A stretch of DNA of 55,824 bases, counting the filler, from Streblomastix strix (taxonomy: Eukaryota), in the NCBI GenBank assembly GCA_008636045.1. It is 2 parts of 2 records of this genome, joined end to end, with 100 filler letters (N's around TTAATTAATTAA, not from the genome) between each part and the next. Parts side by side here need not be neighbours in the genome. Positions count along the whole stretch, not along the records: positions 1 to 27,930 come from SNRW01000137.1; 1 more part is not named here. One strand, given 5' to 3'. Shown here piece after piece: positions 1 to 12,586 of this stretch. Numbering within the stretch: position 1 is the first letter of the stretch; every line of letters starts with the position of its first letter. The position numbers were made by a program, and so were the translations under genes. Below the pieces are notes generated by a model. That model searched no databases and was not told the origin of the DNA. It was given only the letters and a program-made list of their open reading frames with translations.

Positions 1-780
1 ATCACTGAACCAGGATTTGAACCAACGCAGTGGGCAGATTCTCTCATCCGGAATCTTGCAGATCTTGAATTCAGCAATTCTTTGAGGGGACTTCAAGATC
101 ATTGTTTAGATTATGTACTCATCTTCCGATGTGCTGAGTAGTACGGCTCTGTGCAGTTCTGCTAGTCTCGCTACAGTGAAGACCATTACCAGTGTTGCAG
201 CTTTTGCTCTTCTATGATCTATTGTGAGGAGGTTTTATTCTAATAGTGGAACCTATTTTTTAATGTAATTCAATAAAATGTCTAAATCCCAGCTCTGTTT
301 CTCTTTATCTGTTTATCTTGGTCGCATTCTGATCTTTTGCATGAGATGTTTAACTAGGTCGGAATGTATTTATTGTTCTGAGTATCCCATGAACTTAAGC
401 AATACTGCTAATGCACATCGTTGATTCTTGACCGAGTTGTCAGAACACTTTTGATTTGTCGCAACTTCAAGCTAGTTCGCCATGAAGATCTAAGGTTATT
501 CAAGGTTTAAGAGGTACTCCGGTTGGTGATTGATCCATTTGAGGTATCCTGCCAGCAATGTGAGTCCAGCAATATGTGTTCTCCATCAACTTGGCCAGTT
601 GGAAATTACCCGGTCTACCGCTTTAGAACTCAGCCCTCTAGCTTATAACAGCTGTCTAAAAGGTTTCGCTCCGTCTTTACTCGCACTAAAAAAAGGTAGA
701 TCAATCCAAGTGGCAGCGCCCATCCTTTGTTTCTATGTTTCGCTCCCATTAGTAAGACTTGCGTACTCTCTCCTAAGCAT
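1..780 (-). pseudogene. Tyrosine recombinase ORF of the DIRS element (partial)
   Basis: With TAR=Gln it reads ...WDLDILLNYI...ATLVMVFTVARLAEL...ICPLRWFKSW, containing the first catalytic Arg motif. Possible ATGs at 780 and 723. In-frame TGA at 586-588. Overlaps the end of pol in the -1 frame. Confidence 0.8.
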
Positions 781-2614
781 ATCTTCTGTCTTGTAATCTC
801 TCTCAGTTCTGTGAACCACTTCTAATTTGGCCAATCTGGCACTATCACAACTGCTAATGAGACTCGCTCTTTTTTGATCTTCCTTATAGTCTTCAGTAAT
901 TAAAAGATATATGTGTGAAGTAACGGAATTTCCTTGGCCCGTTCTAGACTAAATCCAATTCGCTTAACAGCACACTTGTTTTTAGAGATACTACAGTACC
1001 TCGTGCATTATCGGTTCGCGCTAGTTGCAAATATGTCTATAGAGATCTAAATCCCATGCTCGTTAAGCGTCTTCAAGAGGATTTCTTTCTTGATTGTGTA
1101 ATCTCCTCATCTTGATAACCTTGACAAGCTGTCTGGTATTATGTTCGAAAGGCCAGGAATATGGCTAGATTCTATTGTCCAGTTGTATTGTTCTGCTAAA
1201 TTGAGGACTTTGTCTACTAGTGGCGCGATCGTGATTGATCCTTCGCCCTTGTTAAGGCAGTACATTGTAACTATATTGTCTGTGAGTAATCGTATACCAA
1301 TATGCTGTTATCAGGTCAATTCTTAACGGAATTCTAGAAACGCTTTCAGAACTGCTGTCACCTCTCGTTGATTGGAGCCCTTGAGGTTACGGTCCTTCCA
1401 TTCTCCGAGCGCAAAGACTTTCTTCTGATTCACTCTGATCAATGTTGCCCCCATCCTGAGCTCGACGCATTTATTTGGATCGTTATCCATCTATTTGACT
1501 TCATGAAGCACAGTAGTTGGATCTGGGCAAGCTTATTGATCCACCAAGTTATGTCTGGTATCGCGCTCTTGTTGAGTTGAATCCACTTGTTCCAGCCTCT
1601 GCTAGCTACTTCCTTGTCTTTCAGCTTTTAGAGCTAATTAATGTGAAGCGCGCCTCGTTTGAATTGTGCTCTTGTGTATTGGATCTCTTCAATTACCGAT
1701 GCCAAGTCCCTTGTTCTTACGTGTTTCTTTCTCTTGGCTAGTTCCATCAGAAATTTTAGCTATTTCAAGACTCCTCTCCTTCGAAATGTTGTCATTTAAA
1801 TTGTCAATGCTCTAGTGTTCCACTGCTAGCCCAAGAACTCTATTATCTGCGTGGGATTAATCTGGCTCTTGTCCATTGCGATCATCCATCCGAACTCCTA
1901 TAAAATGCTAATTACTTACTATATCTCGAGTTATAATATTGCGCGATCCTAATTCAGGATCAGAATATCGTCTACGTAAATGAAGATTCTAGAACTGCAT
2001 CGCTTCCTAGCTTCGGCTATTACTGGTTGAAGGCATTTGGTAAAGGTTCTCGGGGCCGTTGAAACTCCAAACGGCATTCCTTTATTGCTATAAGAGTGAC
2101 CATTAAAGCTAAAGCATAGATACGGTCGTATCTCTTCCGCTACTCTAATATGATAGAAGGCTTGATGCAGGTCTATTGTTTTGGCCCAATCGTTGGGCAC
2201 TATTATTTCCTAAATGTCTATAATCCCCTTCAACTTGAAGTACTCTGTTTGAAGCTCGCTATTCAGAATTCGACAGTCCAGGATCTTGCACCGGCCTCTT
2301 TTCTTCTTTGGGATCGCGAATATCGGATTACAGCACTTAACGAAAGAGTCCGGGACCTGGGTTATAACGTCGTCCTCCAGCTCTCACTAGATATTCTTAG
2401 ATAAACTCGAATGCGCATCTTAGTCTCTCTTGAATGCGGTCTTGTGACTCAGGACTTCTAGAATGAGCGCACTGTCTTGGTTATTCCAGGTAAGCGCTAT
2501 ACTTTTCAGTATTATATCGATCTGGCCTATCGATCTCCATTGCGGCAAGAAGTTCAGTAATCTAGCGCCCACTTTGTACTGTACTTAAGTTTAAATCGCA
2601 CTGGTTTCCACCAT
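630..2614 (-). pseudogene. DIRS pol: reverse transcriptase, RNase H and Dam-like methyltransferase
   Basis: RT motifs VGARLLNFLPQW, KILDCRILN, IDLHQAFYH, MPFG, YVDDILIL. RNase H motif is decayed (INASSSGWG) with a 1-nt frameshift at ~1450, followed by HIPG..N.IPDSLSR and an in-frame TGA at 1107-1109. MT motifs IDIFATSANR and VPDWPNQKWF. Confidence 0.9.
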
Positions 2615-4050
2615 TGGTTGTGGTATAGTAATTGTTGCTCGATGGTAACTCGCAATCAATTAGATCTGGATGTTTATTGTTAACGATCACCCCAAAAAAT
2701 CATCATCTTCTTCAGGTGCTTCATCTTTCTACATGCGGTTCTAAGCTCCATTCTGCTTTTCTTCGGCTCCTTCAATGGATATCAAACATTGAGAATTCTG
2801 CTCCGCGCACTTCTCGCGGTTTTATGCTCGTTGGTTATCATTCGGTTGCCTATATCCTCTCTCTCTGTAGTTGTTGCGCCTTCTGTAGTATTGGCCGTTA
2901 TCGTGAGCGGGTGGGAATTGAGCTGGGGCTGATCTATAGTTGCTCGATGCTTAATTCCTGCTCTATCCTTGAGAGGAATGTGCAAAACGAATTGATCTTA
3001 ATCGCGCCCCTGCAGTTAGATGCATGAGGTATGGATCAATCAGGTATCTGGAAGGTGGTTGGTTGGATATAATATGGTGAATCTGCGCTATTAATGCGCT
3101 CTCTGCGAGTGCAACTGCTCTGGCACAGACAGCATACGCGTGTGATGTTTCATTTGGTTGTATTTCTGCTGGTTCCGAAGTAGACCATAAATTCTCGTAT
3201 CGCCATCTATTTTACTCTGCTGACCTTCTCCAGGAGTCTCTAGGTTCCATCTTGTTCGGGTCGAACTAGGAAGCTCTATGTACTCCCACTATCTTGGCCA
3301 TTTCTTTCCAAAATTCGCCATCTTTGTGGCAATAATAGTGATGGTGGTGCTGCCTATGATGCATATCCTTACGAGGTGATCTAGAGCGACTTGATCTACT
3401 CGAATTCGAAGTTGAAACACTATGTCTCCTGCGCTTGCGCCTCCTCGAGTGCGTTTTGTGATGTCTACTAGATTTTGAGCTGCTAGTGCTGCTTGAGGAC
3501 TCAGAAGGGGACCATTCTATACGTTTGCGCTTCTTTTTGTAATGTGCTTAAAAATCCTAATCTGAATCGTCGATACTTGAGGTCACGCTCGACGGCGGTG
3601 CGCTGGGACGCGGTAATAAAGCTACAGGCTGTCCAATCTTGCAATTCGCGATAAGCTATTCTCTTAAGACATACTCAATAAAGAATATGAGCTGCTCCTC
3701 ATAACTATTGGCCACTTGCGCGTAAATCATCATCTGTTGCATCTAAGTTTTCGAAACTGTGTTGTTCATTGCTGGAAATCTCTAGGTAAGGTCCTCGAAC
3801 GCCATTTACTTGCTCAACATATTCAACTTAAGTGCATCTAGCTTCTCTATGAAAAGGGGGGTCATCCTTATTGAATATCGGTGGAGCAAAGCCTTAATCC
3901 GCCAAAAATGCTTCTTTTTCGGGTTTGGGCATGAATACTAGCACTAAAAGTGCTTTTTTGTCTTCGTCATACGCCGAGGAACCTTGCTCTTGCGATGAAC
4001 TTGATTATTACTATTTTTCTGCCACGCAAAGACTTTTTCGGACTGGCCCT
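2615..4050 (-). pseudogene. Gag-like ORF1 region of the DIRS element (disrupted)
   Basis: Lies upstream of pol inside the GC-richer element and has long TAR-readthrough frames broken by TGA. No diagnostic motif recognised; boundaries approximate. Confidence 0.5.
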
Positions 4051-4286
4051 TTGGCGGGTGCCCTGAGAGTCAATAATCAATCGAAGAGCTCACTATCTCT
4101 GCAGGAGGTAGTTTATAACCCGGAGTAATATGAAGAAATTGAAGAAGAAGGATTGCTTGATTTAATAGATGCAAATTAAATAGTATTAATTAATTATGAA
4201 GAATATTAATTAGTAAAGGATGATGATATTGATGATGATAAAGATATTTAAGTTAATTATAAAAATAGAAAGAAAAAGAAAGAAAT

Positions 4287-5299
4287 TTAGAATTCCAGAA
4301 ATGCCTGCCCCACCTTCAAAAGCCCTGTCCCGATTTTGTTTTTGCCCCTTTTTGTAAAAATAAATAAAAAAATAAATAAAAAAAATTTCTTCTAAGCATG
4401 ATTATAAATTTTGTTAATAATATATTTAAAGTATTTTATTATTCACATTAATTAATATTTATATTAATTAATATAAAATATATTTCTAGCACAAAATTTA
4501 AATTAACTGGGGGCAAAGTGGGGCAAGCTCTTTTTAAGACGAGAAATCAAACATGATATTTCAAAATTGTATAAAAATGTGCTCATTACTATTTTAAATC
4601 TTTTCTAATTACTAACTTTTTGATTAATTGCCTATAAATGTCACAAAAATAAAAAGGGGCAGCTGCCCCCAATTAAAAAATTCTGCCCCAAATTAAATTT
4701 TTGCCCCGAATTAAATACTGATGCCCCCAATTAAAAGTTTGCCCCACTTGTTTCACGATATATCAATATTCATTATTCCATTCTCTATATTTTATTTAAT
4801 TAATATGAATATTTGCTTGCACATTTGAATATAATTGTTGATATTTAACTTACTTCTGATAAAAAGTGCGCATTTTTTAATTTTTTCATTTAACCAACAC
4901 TTTCACAATTATACACTCAAAATAATTTTACATTATTTTATATATCATAAAACTTGAAATTTTATTTGCAAATCAAAACAAATTATTCTTGACTATACTC
5001 CAGATATGATTTTATTAAAAATTTCAAAACAAATTTTCATGTTAATCAGCAAGTCAAAATAATATTACTACATACTATTTAATTTTATAAAAATTAGGAT
5101 AATTTAAAGCCGTTTTATATTTTATAAACTACTAAATAACAGTAGTTAGTGAAGATAGATAAACTCACATATTTTTCTTCATATTTTTTAAGTTTAAAAA
5201 AAAATTCTATTTATTTTTGTATTATATTGAATATTAGGCTGACCCGCATTTCTGGTATGCCCTGCCCCACTTTACTCCCTGTGGCAATTTGGCATCCCC
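4287..5299. mobile_element. Non-autonomous DNA-transposon-like insertion (MULE/MITE-like)
   Basis: Flanked by the direct repeat AAGAAAGAAAT (4276-4286 and 5300-5310). CCAGAAATGC (4295) and GCATTTCTGG (5247) are inverted near the ends. Many TGCCCC/GGGGCA motifs inside and no ORF. Confidence 0.55.
4656..4750. repeat. Palindrome GGGGCAGCTGCCCC followed by 5 tandem TGCCCC units, four of the form TGCCCCnAATTAAA (18-20 bp period)
   Basis: Read directly from the sequence. Confidence 0.85.
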
Positions 5300-5707
5300 A
5301 AGAAAGAAATGAAGAAAAAATAAAAATAAATTAGGAAATGAATGGAAATAAAAAAGAAGAAATAATCTTAATTTTAATAACTTCTATAATTTAACTTAAC
5401 TTTCATATTAATTTACACATCTCACAGTTATCAACATGCGTTTTAATTTTTAATTAACAACTCACTTAGTTTTATTCTGATTTTTTGTTCGTTGGATTTT
5501 TGCGCAAAATACAAATAAAGTATAATAAATGGTTTAATATCATCTTTTGTTTTTATTACTATCGTTGAAATAAGGATTAAATAGCACATTTAAACTATTG
5601 TGTTTCAAGTTAATTAGAAAATATTTAACTCTCAAAAAATAATAAATTGTTACTAATAAATATAATATTGTTATAATTTAACGTGAATAAATTCAATAAT
5701 AATCAAA

Positions 5708-6712
5708 TCATTGATATATTGGCTTTTAGTCTTGATATGAATTGGTAGGAAATTCCAATTTCTATGCAGGAAAAGCTGATGGAATATTATATTATTAATT
5801 TGGATTCGCATATTATACTTATTATAATTATATTGGAGGAGTTTATAACCTTTTATATTTATTTGAATTTGGATATTATCCTTATTATAGTTAAATAGGA
5901 GGAGTTTATTATCGTTATAATTAAACTTATGGTGCATATAACGTTTATTATAATTGTCCATATTACTGTTAGTTTGGATTATTTGAAGGATATGCTATAT
6001 ATTACTTTGGAGCTTAATTTTATCTCTAAGCGTTATATTCTCTAAAGAATTGGATAATCTGCCCACTTTTAATCTAATCAAACGCCATTGGAGGTTTGTA
6101 TTCTCCACTGTTTATTAAATAAAATATTACATAAAACCCAGTATACTGTTCAAATCTTCCATATCTGAATGTTGTCTGTTGTACATCAACCACTTCTCTG
6201 AGATTGAACTAACGGTGCTCTGTTGACAAACAACAGCATTTTCCATATGAATATGGAGATGTTGTGAATGAACCAAATTCTTCATTTGCATCAAGTAATA
6301 AATCTCTATTAAGAAGATCTTTCCTTCCTGCGCAGCACGTGATTAAAAGAGTAATTCCAGCTGTTACAAATAACTATAAAATATAAAAAAGAATAAAATA
6401 ATCGAAATTTAAAATAAATAAATGAACATTAAGATAAAAATAACATAAACAAACAAATATTCCTGCAAATTTAGCTATTCTAGGCAATAGGAGTAGTAGT
6501 GCAATCCCTGCACCAACACTTATAATAATTGAAATGAGAGATATTATCCATGGTTTCACAGAACCACTAACTATGAAAAGTAATTCGAATGAAAAAGAAA
6601 AAGTAGGAATTTAAAATAATGGAAAATATATTATACCGTGAATGAGCAATTTCTTTGAAGGGTTATTGGTATTTTAACCAGGAGCAAAATTTTAAGCTGG
6701 TACAGCTGCCAT
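5708..6712 (-). CDS. Uncharacterised two-TM membrane protein with Gln/Pro/Tyr-rich C-terminal tail (2 introns)
   Basis: ATG at 6712 (MAAVPAQNFAPG), hydrophobic exon KPWIISLISIIISVGAGIALLLLLP, GT-AG introns, open last exon to TGA at 5708-5710. Confidence 0.7.
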
Positions 6713-7359
6713 TGTCTTATTTGCGGAATAATATGAAAATATTTAATAAAAAAAATAAAAATGATTTATTTAAGCGATATAAGCTGTAAATTATTTAAAT
6801 AACACAAATATAACGTTAATATATTTACTAATTTGATTTTGTATTAATAATTCAAATATATATAATGTAGCAATTAAAGAAATTTAGATTGAAATTAAAT
6901 AATTAAAAATGTCACTGTACATTTAATTTAAAAGTTTATAAATATATAAAATGGATGAATAACCAAGAAATATAATAAATATTGATATGTTTGAACTAAA
7001 AATATTTCAAACGCAGACTATTAGCTCACATTAAATATTTCTGCTTAATTAATCTAAATTATTAAGTTAAAATTAATTTCAATATACAATACTATAATTA
7101 ACTATATCTAAAAAATTAATATATTATACATGATTGAAAGGTTTATGAAAAAAAAATGTTATTTGCTATAAAAGTGTCACAAAATAAAATTAATTAACAA
7201 ATTGAAATGCAAAAAAAGTACTATTGATTATAAAATCTATAAAATGGTAAAAAAAATTAAAAGAGTTATTTTCACTCATCAATATATATATTTGTACGAC
7301 ATAATCTGATATATCCGTATAACAAATAATGTTTCATTTCATGGTTTATCAATAATTGT

Positions 7360-8330
<971 letters not shown>

Positions 8331-8524
8331 TATTATAATTTATACATGAAAAATTTGAGTAATTATTAATAAAAATTAAGTTGAATAACAAATATGATAA
8401 TAAAAATAACCAATAAAAGTAGTACATAATGGTGATTTATGCCCCAACTTCAAAAAAGCATCAGTTTTATAAAATTTTTCCACTCCTTCATTTTTTAAGA
8501 TTTTTGGCCTTCAAATTTATAAAA

Positions 8525-8712
8525 TTTTCCCACAGCTGGCTAATGCCTTTGTTTGAAAATATTATTGCATTTGTTAAACCATCACTCAAAAAAAAGAACT
8601 TGCATAGTTTTTTATAATTTCCAATACCTTTTGAAGCTATTTTTTTAGGCTTTTGTCCTTATAATTTATAACACTTTTCCCACTGCTGGCTTACGTCTTT
8701 TTTTTAAAAAAA
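8525..8712. repeat. Subterminal imperfect direct repeat TTTTCCCACwGCTGGCT, two copies ~150 bp apart
   Basis: ttttcccacagctggcta (~8525) and ttttcccactgctggctt (~8675). Confidence 0.7.
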
Positions 8713-8862
8713 TGTCATAAATTATAATAAATAATGAATATAAACACCCTTATATAAAATAATTAAAATAATGAATGATCGGGCCAAGTGGATTGGGTGG
8801 ACCGAGTAAAAAATTGTCATAAAAAAGTGTGGCCAACCGGACAAACTAACCCAAATTTTTTT

Positions 8863-9069
8863 TCATAAGTTTGTATTATATTTTTAACTACAATAATAAA
8901 GCTCTAATTATTTTATTGTACTTTTTCTATTGCAAATTATACCATGTAAAGCTTCAACTTATATTTTCTTTGGCTCTATGTTAAAGTCTTTTATTTCTTT
9001 ATTTAATTGTTCATACATTTATTGTAGTTTAGGTTCTTAATCTTTTAAATGAATTTAAAGTTCTTCCAT
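8863..9069 (-). CDS. Small viral hypothetical protein (68 aa)
   Basis: AAAAATG start, MEELQIHLKDQEPKL..., TGA at 8863-8865. Confidence 0.5.
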
Positions 9070-9097
9070 TTTTATAATTAGTTAAAAATAATTATTA

Positions 9098-9766
9098 TCA
9101 ATTATATTAATCATATTCGAGAAATTATTACTCTGGTTAATAATTTTATTATACAGGCTCTTGTTATATCTCCTGTTATTCCTCCTATTTTTCAAGTGTC
9201 TATTTTGGTTGTTTATAACGTTTTACTTTTTAATTGTATTTCTCTATTTGTTTTATAGCGTTTTAATGCTATTGCTTAATAAATGTATTTTCAGTTCTTA
9301 AACGTATTAATTCTTCCAAATCAAGCTATGGATTTGTATAGTTGATTTATGGCTATTTTGATGCTTTTATAACTTTTTTATGTACTTGTTTAGCCTCACG
9401 TTATTGCTTTATCGGCCTTTCTGGTCTTTCGCTTTGGCTAATCGTTTCATCATCGCTTTCATTCATATCATCCTATATGTCTCTGTGTCTTTCCTCCTAT
9501 TATTCATAATTTATAAAATCTTCTTCGTCATCCTCCATCTATTTTTATACAGACTATTTTGATGGTTTTTTCTTTGTTTCTACTCCTCCACTACGAGCTT
9601 ATAGCAATAGCTTGTTTTACTATGTTTGTGTTAATTTTCGCAGTTGCTTTTTGCCATCCTCATATACCTTTATTTGCTTATTAATCTATACCACATAACC
9701 CTTATCAAAGTATTCAATATTTGTCCCATTTTCATTCAAATTCTTAAGTGCATACGATAATTCCAT
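9098..9766 (-). CDS. Viral hypothetical protein, charged/coiled-coil (222 aa)
   Basis: Uninterrupted frame MELSYALKNLNENG... to TGA with TAR=Gln. Confidence 0.7.
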
Positions 9767-9790
9767 TTTAATATTTTTAAATTTAATAAA

Positions 9791-10462
9791 ATGATTAAGA
9801 GTATTGAAAGAAATCATGTAACGATGTCGAAGAGTAAAAAATAAATGTCAGATATCAAGAAAAAGGATCTTACAGATGAGGATAAAATTAGACTTTAACT
9901 AATCGATGAAGCAATTAATCGTATAAAAATAATTCCTGCTGATTAATCAACAAATTAAAAGGATTAATAAATAGAATCTGAGCATACAGCTATAAGTTCC
10001 AGAAAATATAACATAAATAAATATAAAGAGGTTGACAGAACAACAGCATAAGTGGAGCCTGAATAAGTGGTGAAAAATACCTACTTTTCACATCCAAATC
10101 TTGAAGTAATGAAATTCATTATTGATAAAATTTGGGCTACGATTACCACAAGAAAACAAGGTGATGATTTTATTTTCTCCTCGGATAATTTTATAAAACT
10201 GTGGGAACTTATCACATAAGAAAATGAAGATGATATTGAAAAAGTACTGGAGGAACCACTAATGCGGGCACATTCATGTATTGGAAAGACTTATAAAAAG
10301 AAAGATTTGATACGTGTTATGGATGTGTTAATTAAAAATGTTAGTATATCAGTTATCGATAATGTATTGTGGAATAGTATCGAAAAACTTTATCGAATTA
10401 ACAAGGATTTCGTGCGATTGTCTGATGCTCCCACCTCTGAAATTACAGAAAATGATTTTTGA
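9791..10462 (+). CDS. Viral hypothetical protein (223 aa)
   Basis: Uninterrupted frame MIKSIERNHV... that includes the track ORF 10262-10462. Confidence 0.75.
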
Positions 10463-10497
10463 AAATATTTATTTTTATTTTTTTATCTATTATAAAA

Positions 10498-11010
10498 ATG
10501 GAAGAAATAAATGTCTTTGATCCGTTAGTCGTTGATGAAGATTATGAAATGTTAAATGAAGAACCATATACTATTCGAAGAATTTCAAATGGATTTATAC
10601 CAAAAATAAATACAAGCCCAAGAGGATATAATCGTATTTCATTATACGGTAATTATCATTAATATCATCGTATTTTAGCTATTTAATTCATACCAAATCT
10701 TAATAATCGTCCAGAAATGGATCATAAAAATCATATTAGAACAGATAATAGACTTGAAAATTTACGTTGGGTTTCTATATCAGATAATACAAAAAATTTA
10801 TCTGGTTAAAGACTTGATTTATATAATGGGCACGATTTAGAAGGATATAGTTTTGACTAAGATTTTAATGTGTATTGCCATAATGGTCTTAAGTTTCGAA
10901 AATTACATGTTATTACCTAATAATAATACGAATACGTATGGGTGTAAGATATTAATAATAAACGTGTTAAAATCTGTCTTATTAAGCTACAAGGTGGTAA
11001 TTACGAATGA
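10498..11010 (+). CDS. HNH homing-endonuclease-like protein (HNH_3 type, 170 aa)
   Basis: YHRILAIQFIPNLNNRPEMDHKNHIRTDNRLENLRWVSISDNTKN; frame intact. Confidence 0.9.
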
Positions 11011-11034
11011 TATGATTTATTTTTGGATAATAAA

Positions 11035-11175
11035 ATGAACGATTAACCAATTAGCGATTTACCATTACTTGACGATGACGATTTGATAAATCAAAAAAGA
11101 ATAAAAAAGGTTATAAAAAATACAAGAAGAATAGCAAAATTAGACAAAGTAAAAAAAATACTCTATTATAAATGA
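11035..11175 (+). CDS. Small viral ORF (46 aa); stop overlaps next start (ATGA)
   Basis: TAAAATG start; acidic N-half and basic C-half. Confidence 0.4.
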
Positions 11176-12080
11176 TAGATAACGAAATTATTAAATACTT
11201 TAATTATTTGAGTTAATTTTTCAGGAATTCCATTGATTATGTCATTTTACGTACTAGTCAAACAATAGACGGAATCAAGACGTTTTTATAGCCTATTGTT
11301 GCTTAAAATTTAATTAAAAATAAAGGTACAAGCAACGAAATTTTACTCGCTAATGGTGATACAACAGACACAGGAAATTTTTTGCCTAAATATTATCCCC
11401 ATGCAATGGGGTAATTAATTATTGAACCAAATGATGATATTCGAAATTAAGGCATAATGATAATGAAAAATAAAGCGAATAGGGATAGTTTCATATTAAC
11501 GGGTTGCAATGATGACCCCACAGATATGGATGGAGTATGGAAAATGGGTTCAACTTCATCATAATTTAGAATATAAAAATAAGAAGATTAAGCATATGAT
11601 TATAAGGGTATAATTATTAATTTTGATTGCACAACATTAAAATTTAATAATTAACTTATGGCATCTATTCTAACTCCTCCAATAGAAAATGCTATCAAAT
11701 AAAGACTTGCTTATGGAATGTATGAGTAATTAGTTTGGGGTTCATTTACAACATATAATGGAAGAGCATATTTATCAGTGTAAGTAACGCACTCAAATCC
11801 TAACATACAAACTTAATCCACTTATACTTTATTCTCTGTTTTTAAAGATGAGGCTAAACCTTAATTTACAGGGATACCATTTAAAATACCTTTGAATGCC
11901 GTTATGTTTGCGTAAAAAGTAATAGGGTATCCGATATGCTGGAATGGTGCGATTCCAATAGACTGCTATATTGATGTGGATAGACATGTTAGAATCAATA
12001 CAATGTGCTAGTTAGTTTTACCAGATGATTTTTGCGTTCAAGTATGTAATTCATATGCCCTATATAATTAATCATCTTGA
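11172..12080 (+). CDS. Putative short fibre/receptor-binding protein (302 aa)
   Basis: Phage-fibre-like QTIDGIKTF and GTSNEILLANGD motifs. Shares a module with the long fibre gene. Frame intact. Confidence 0.6.
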
Positions 12081-12098
12081 TATTTTAAAAATAAATAA

Positions 12099-12239
12099 AT
12101 GGAAAGAATTAATGAAAGCATTAGCACAGAGTCTATTATTTGTTCCTTTGAATAATTAAATATAAATTGGCATGCAATATTTAAGGCTATTTGGGAAGAA
12201 GCAAACAAATATGCTTGCGAATCGAAAATTTGCCGATGA
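12099..12239 (+). CDS. Small viral ORF (46 aa)
   Basis: TAAATG start, MERINESISTE..., TGA. Confidence 0.4.
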
Positions 12240-12265
12240 AAAAATTTAATTTTATTTTTATATAA

Positions 12266-12406
12266 ATGATTTGGGAAATAATAACTAGTATCTCATTAAT
12301 GGTTATAACTTGTAACAATTTGCTTGGTTATATTTATGTAATGGTATATATAAAAATGGATAGCGAAGAAATAAGCGAAGAGGTTAGAAATTAAATATAT
12401 GGTTGA
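12266..12406 (+). CDS. Small single-TM viral protein (46 aa)
   Basis: MIWEIITSISLMVITCNNLLGYIYVMVYI followed by an acidic tail. Confidence 0.5.
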
Positions 12407-12586
12407 TAGGACTAATAAACAACAATAATGAGTCAGGGCTGCAAAATAGGCCAAAAGCCTTTGAACGAAGAGAATGCAGGCCGCAAGGCTTAATGGAAAA
12501 AATAAATGCAATAAATGGTTTTTCATTAATTTTGTTTATTAATCATGGCGACAGTCTTCGTCTGCCTTTCCTACCTATTAATCACC

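Larger units (their letters stand above)
1..4120 (-). mobile_element. Degenerate DIRS-type (tyrosine recombinase) retrotransposon; 3' end lies outside the window
   Basis: GC-richer block with the order gag-like, RT, RNase H, Dam-like methyltransferase, tyrosine recombinase on the minus strand. It switches abruptly to AT-rich DNA at ~4120, so this boundary is approximate. Confidence 0.9.

Noticed and set aside
4656..4750. CRISPR-like repeat array
   Set aside because: Period of only 18-20 bp, no true spacers, no cas genes, eukaryotic context.
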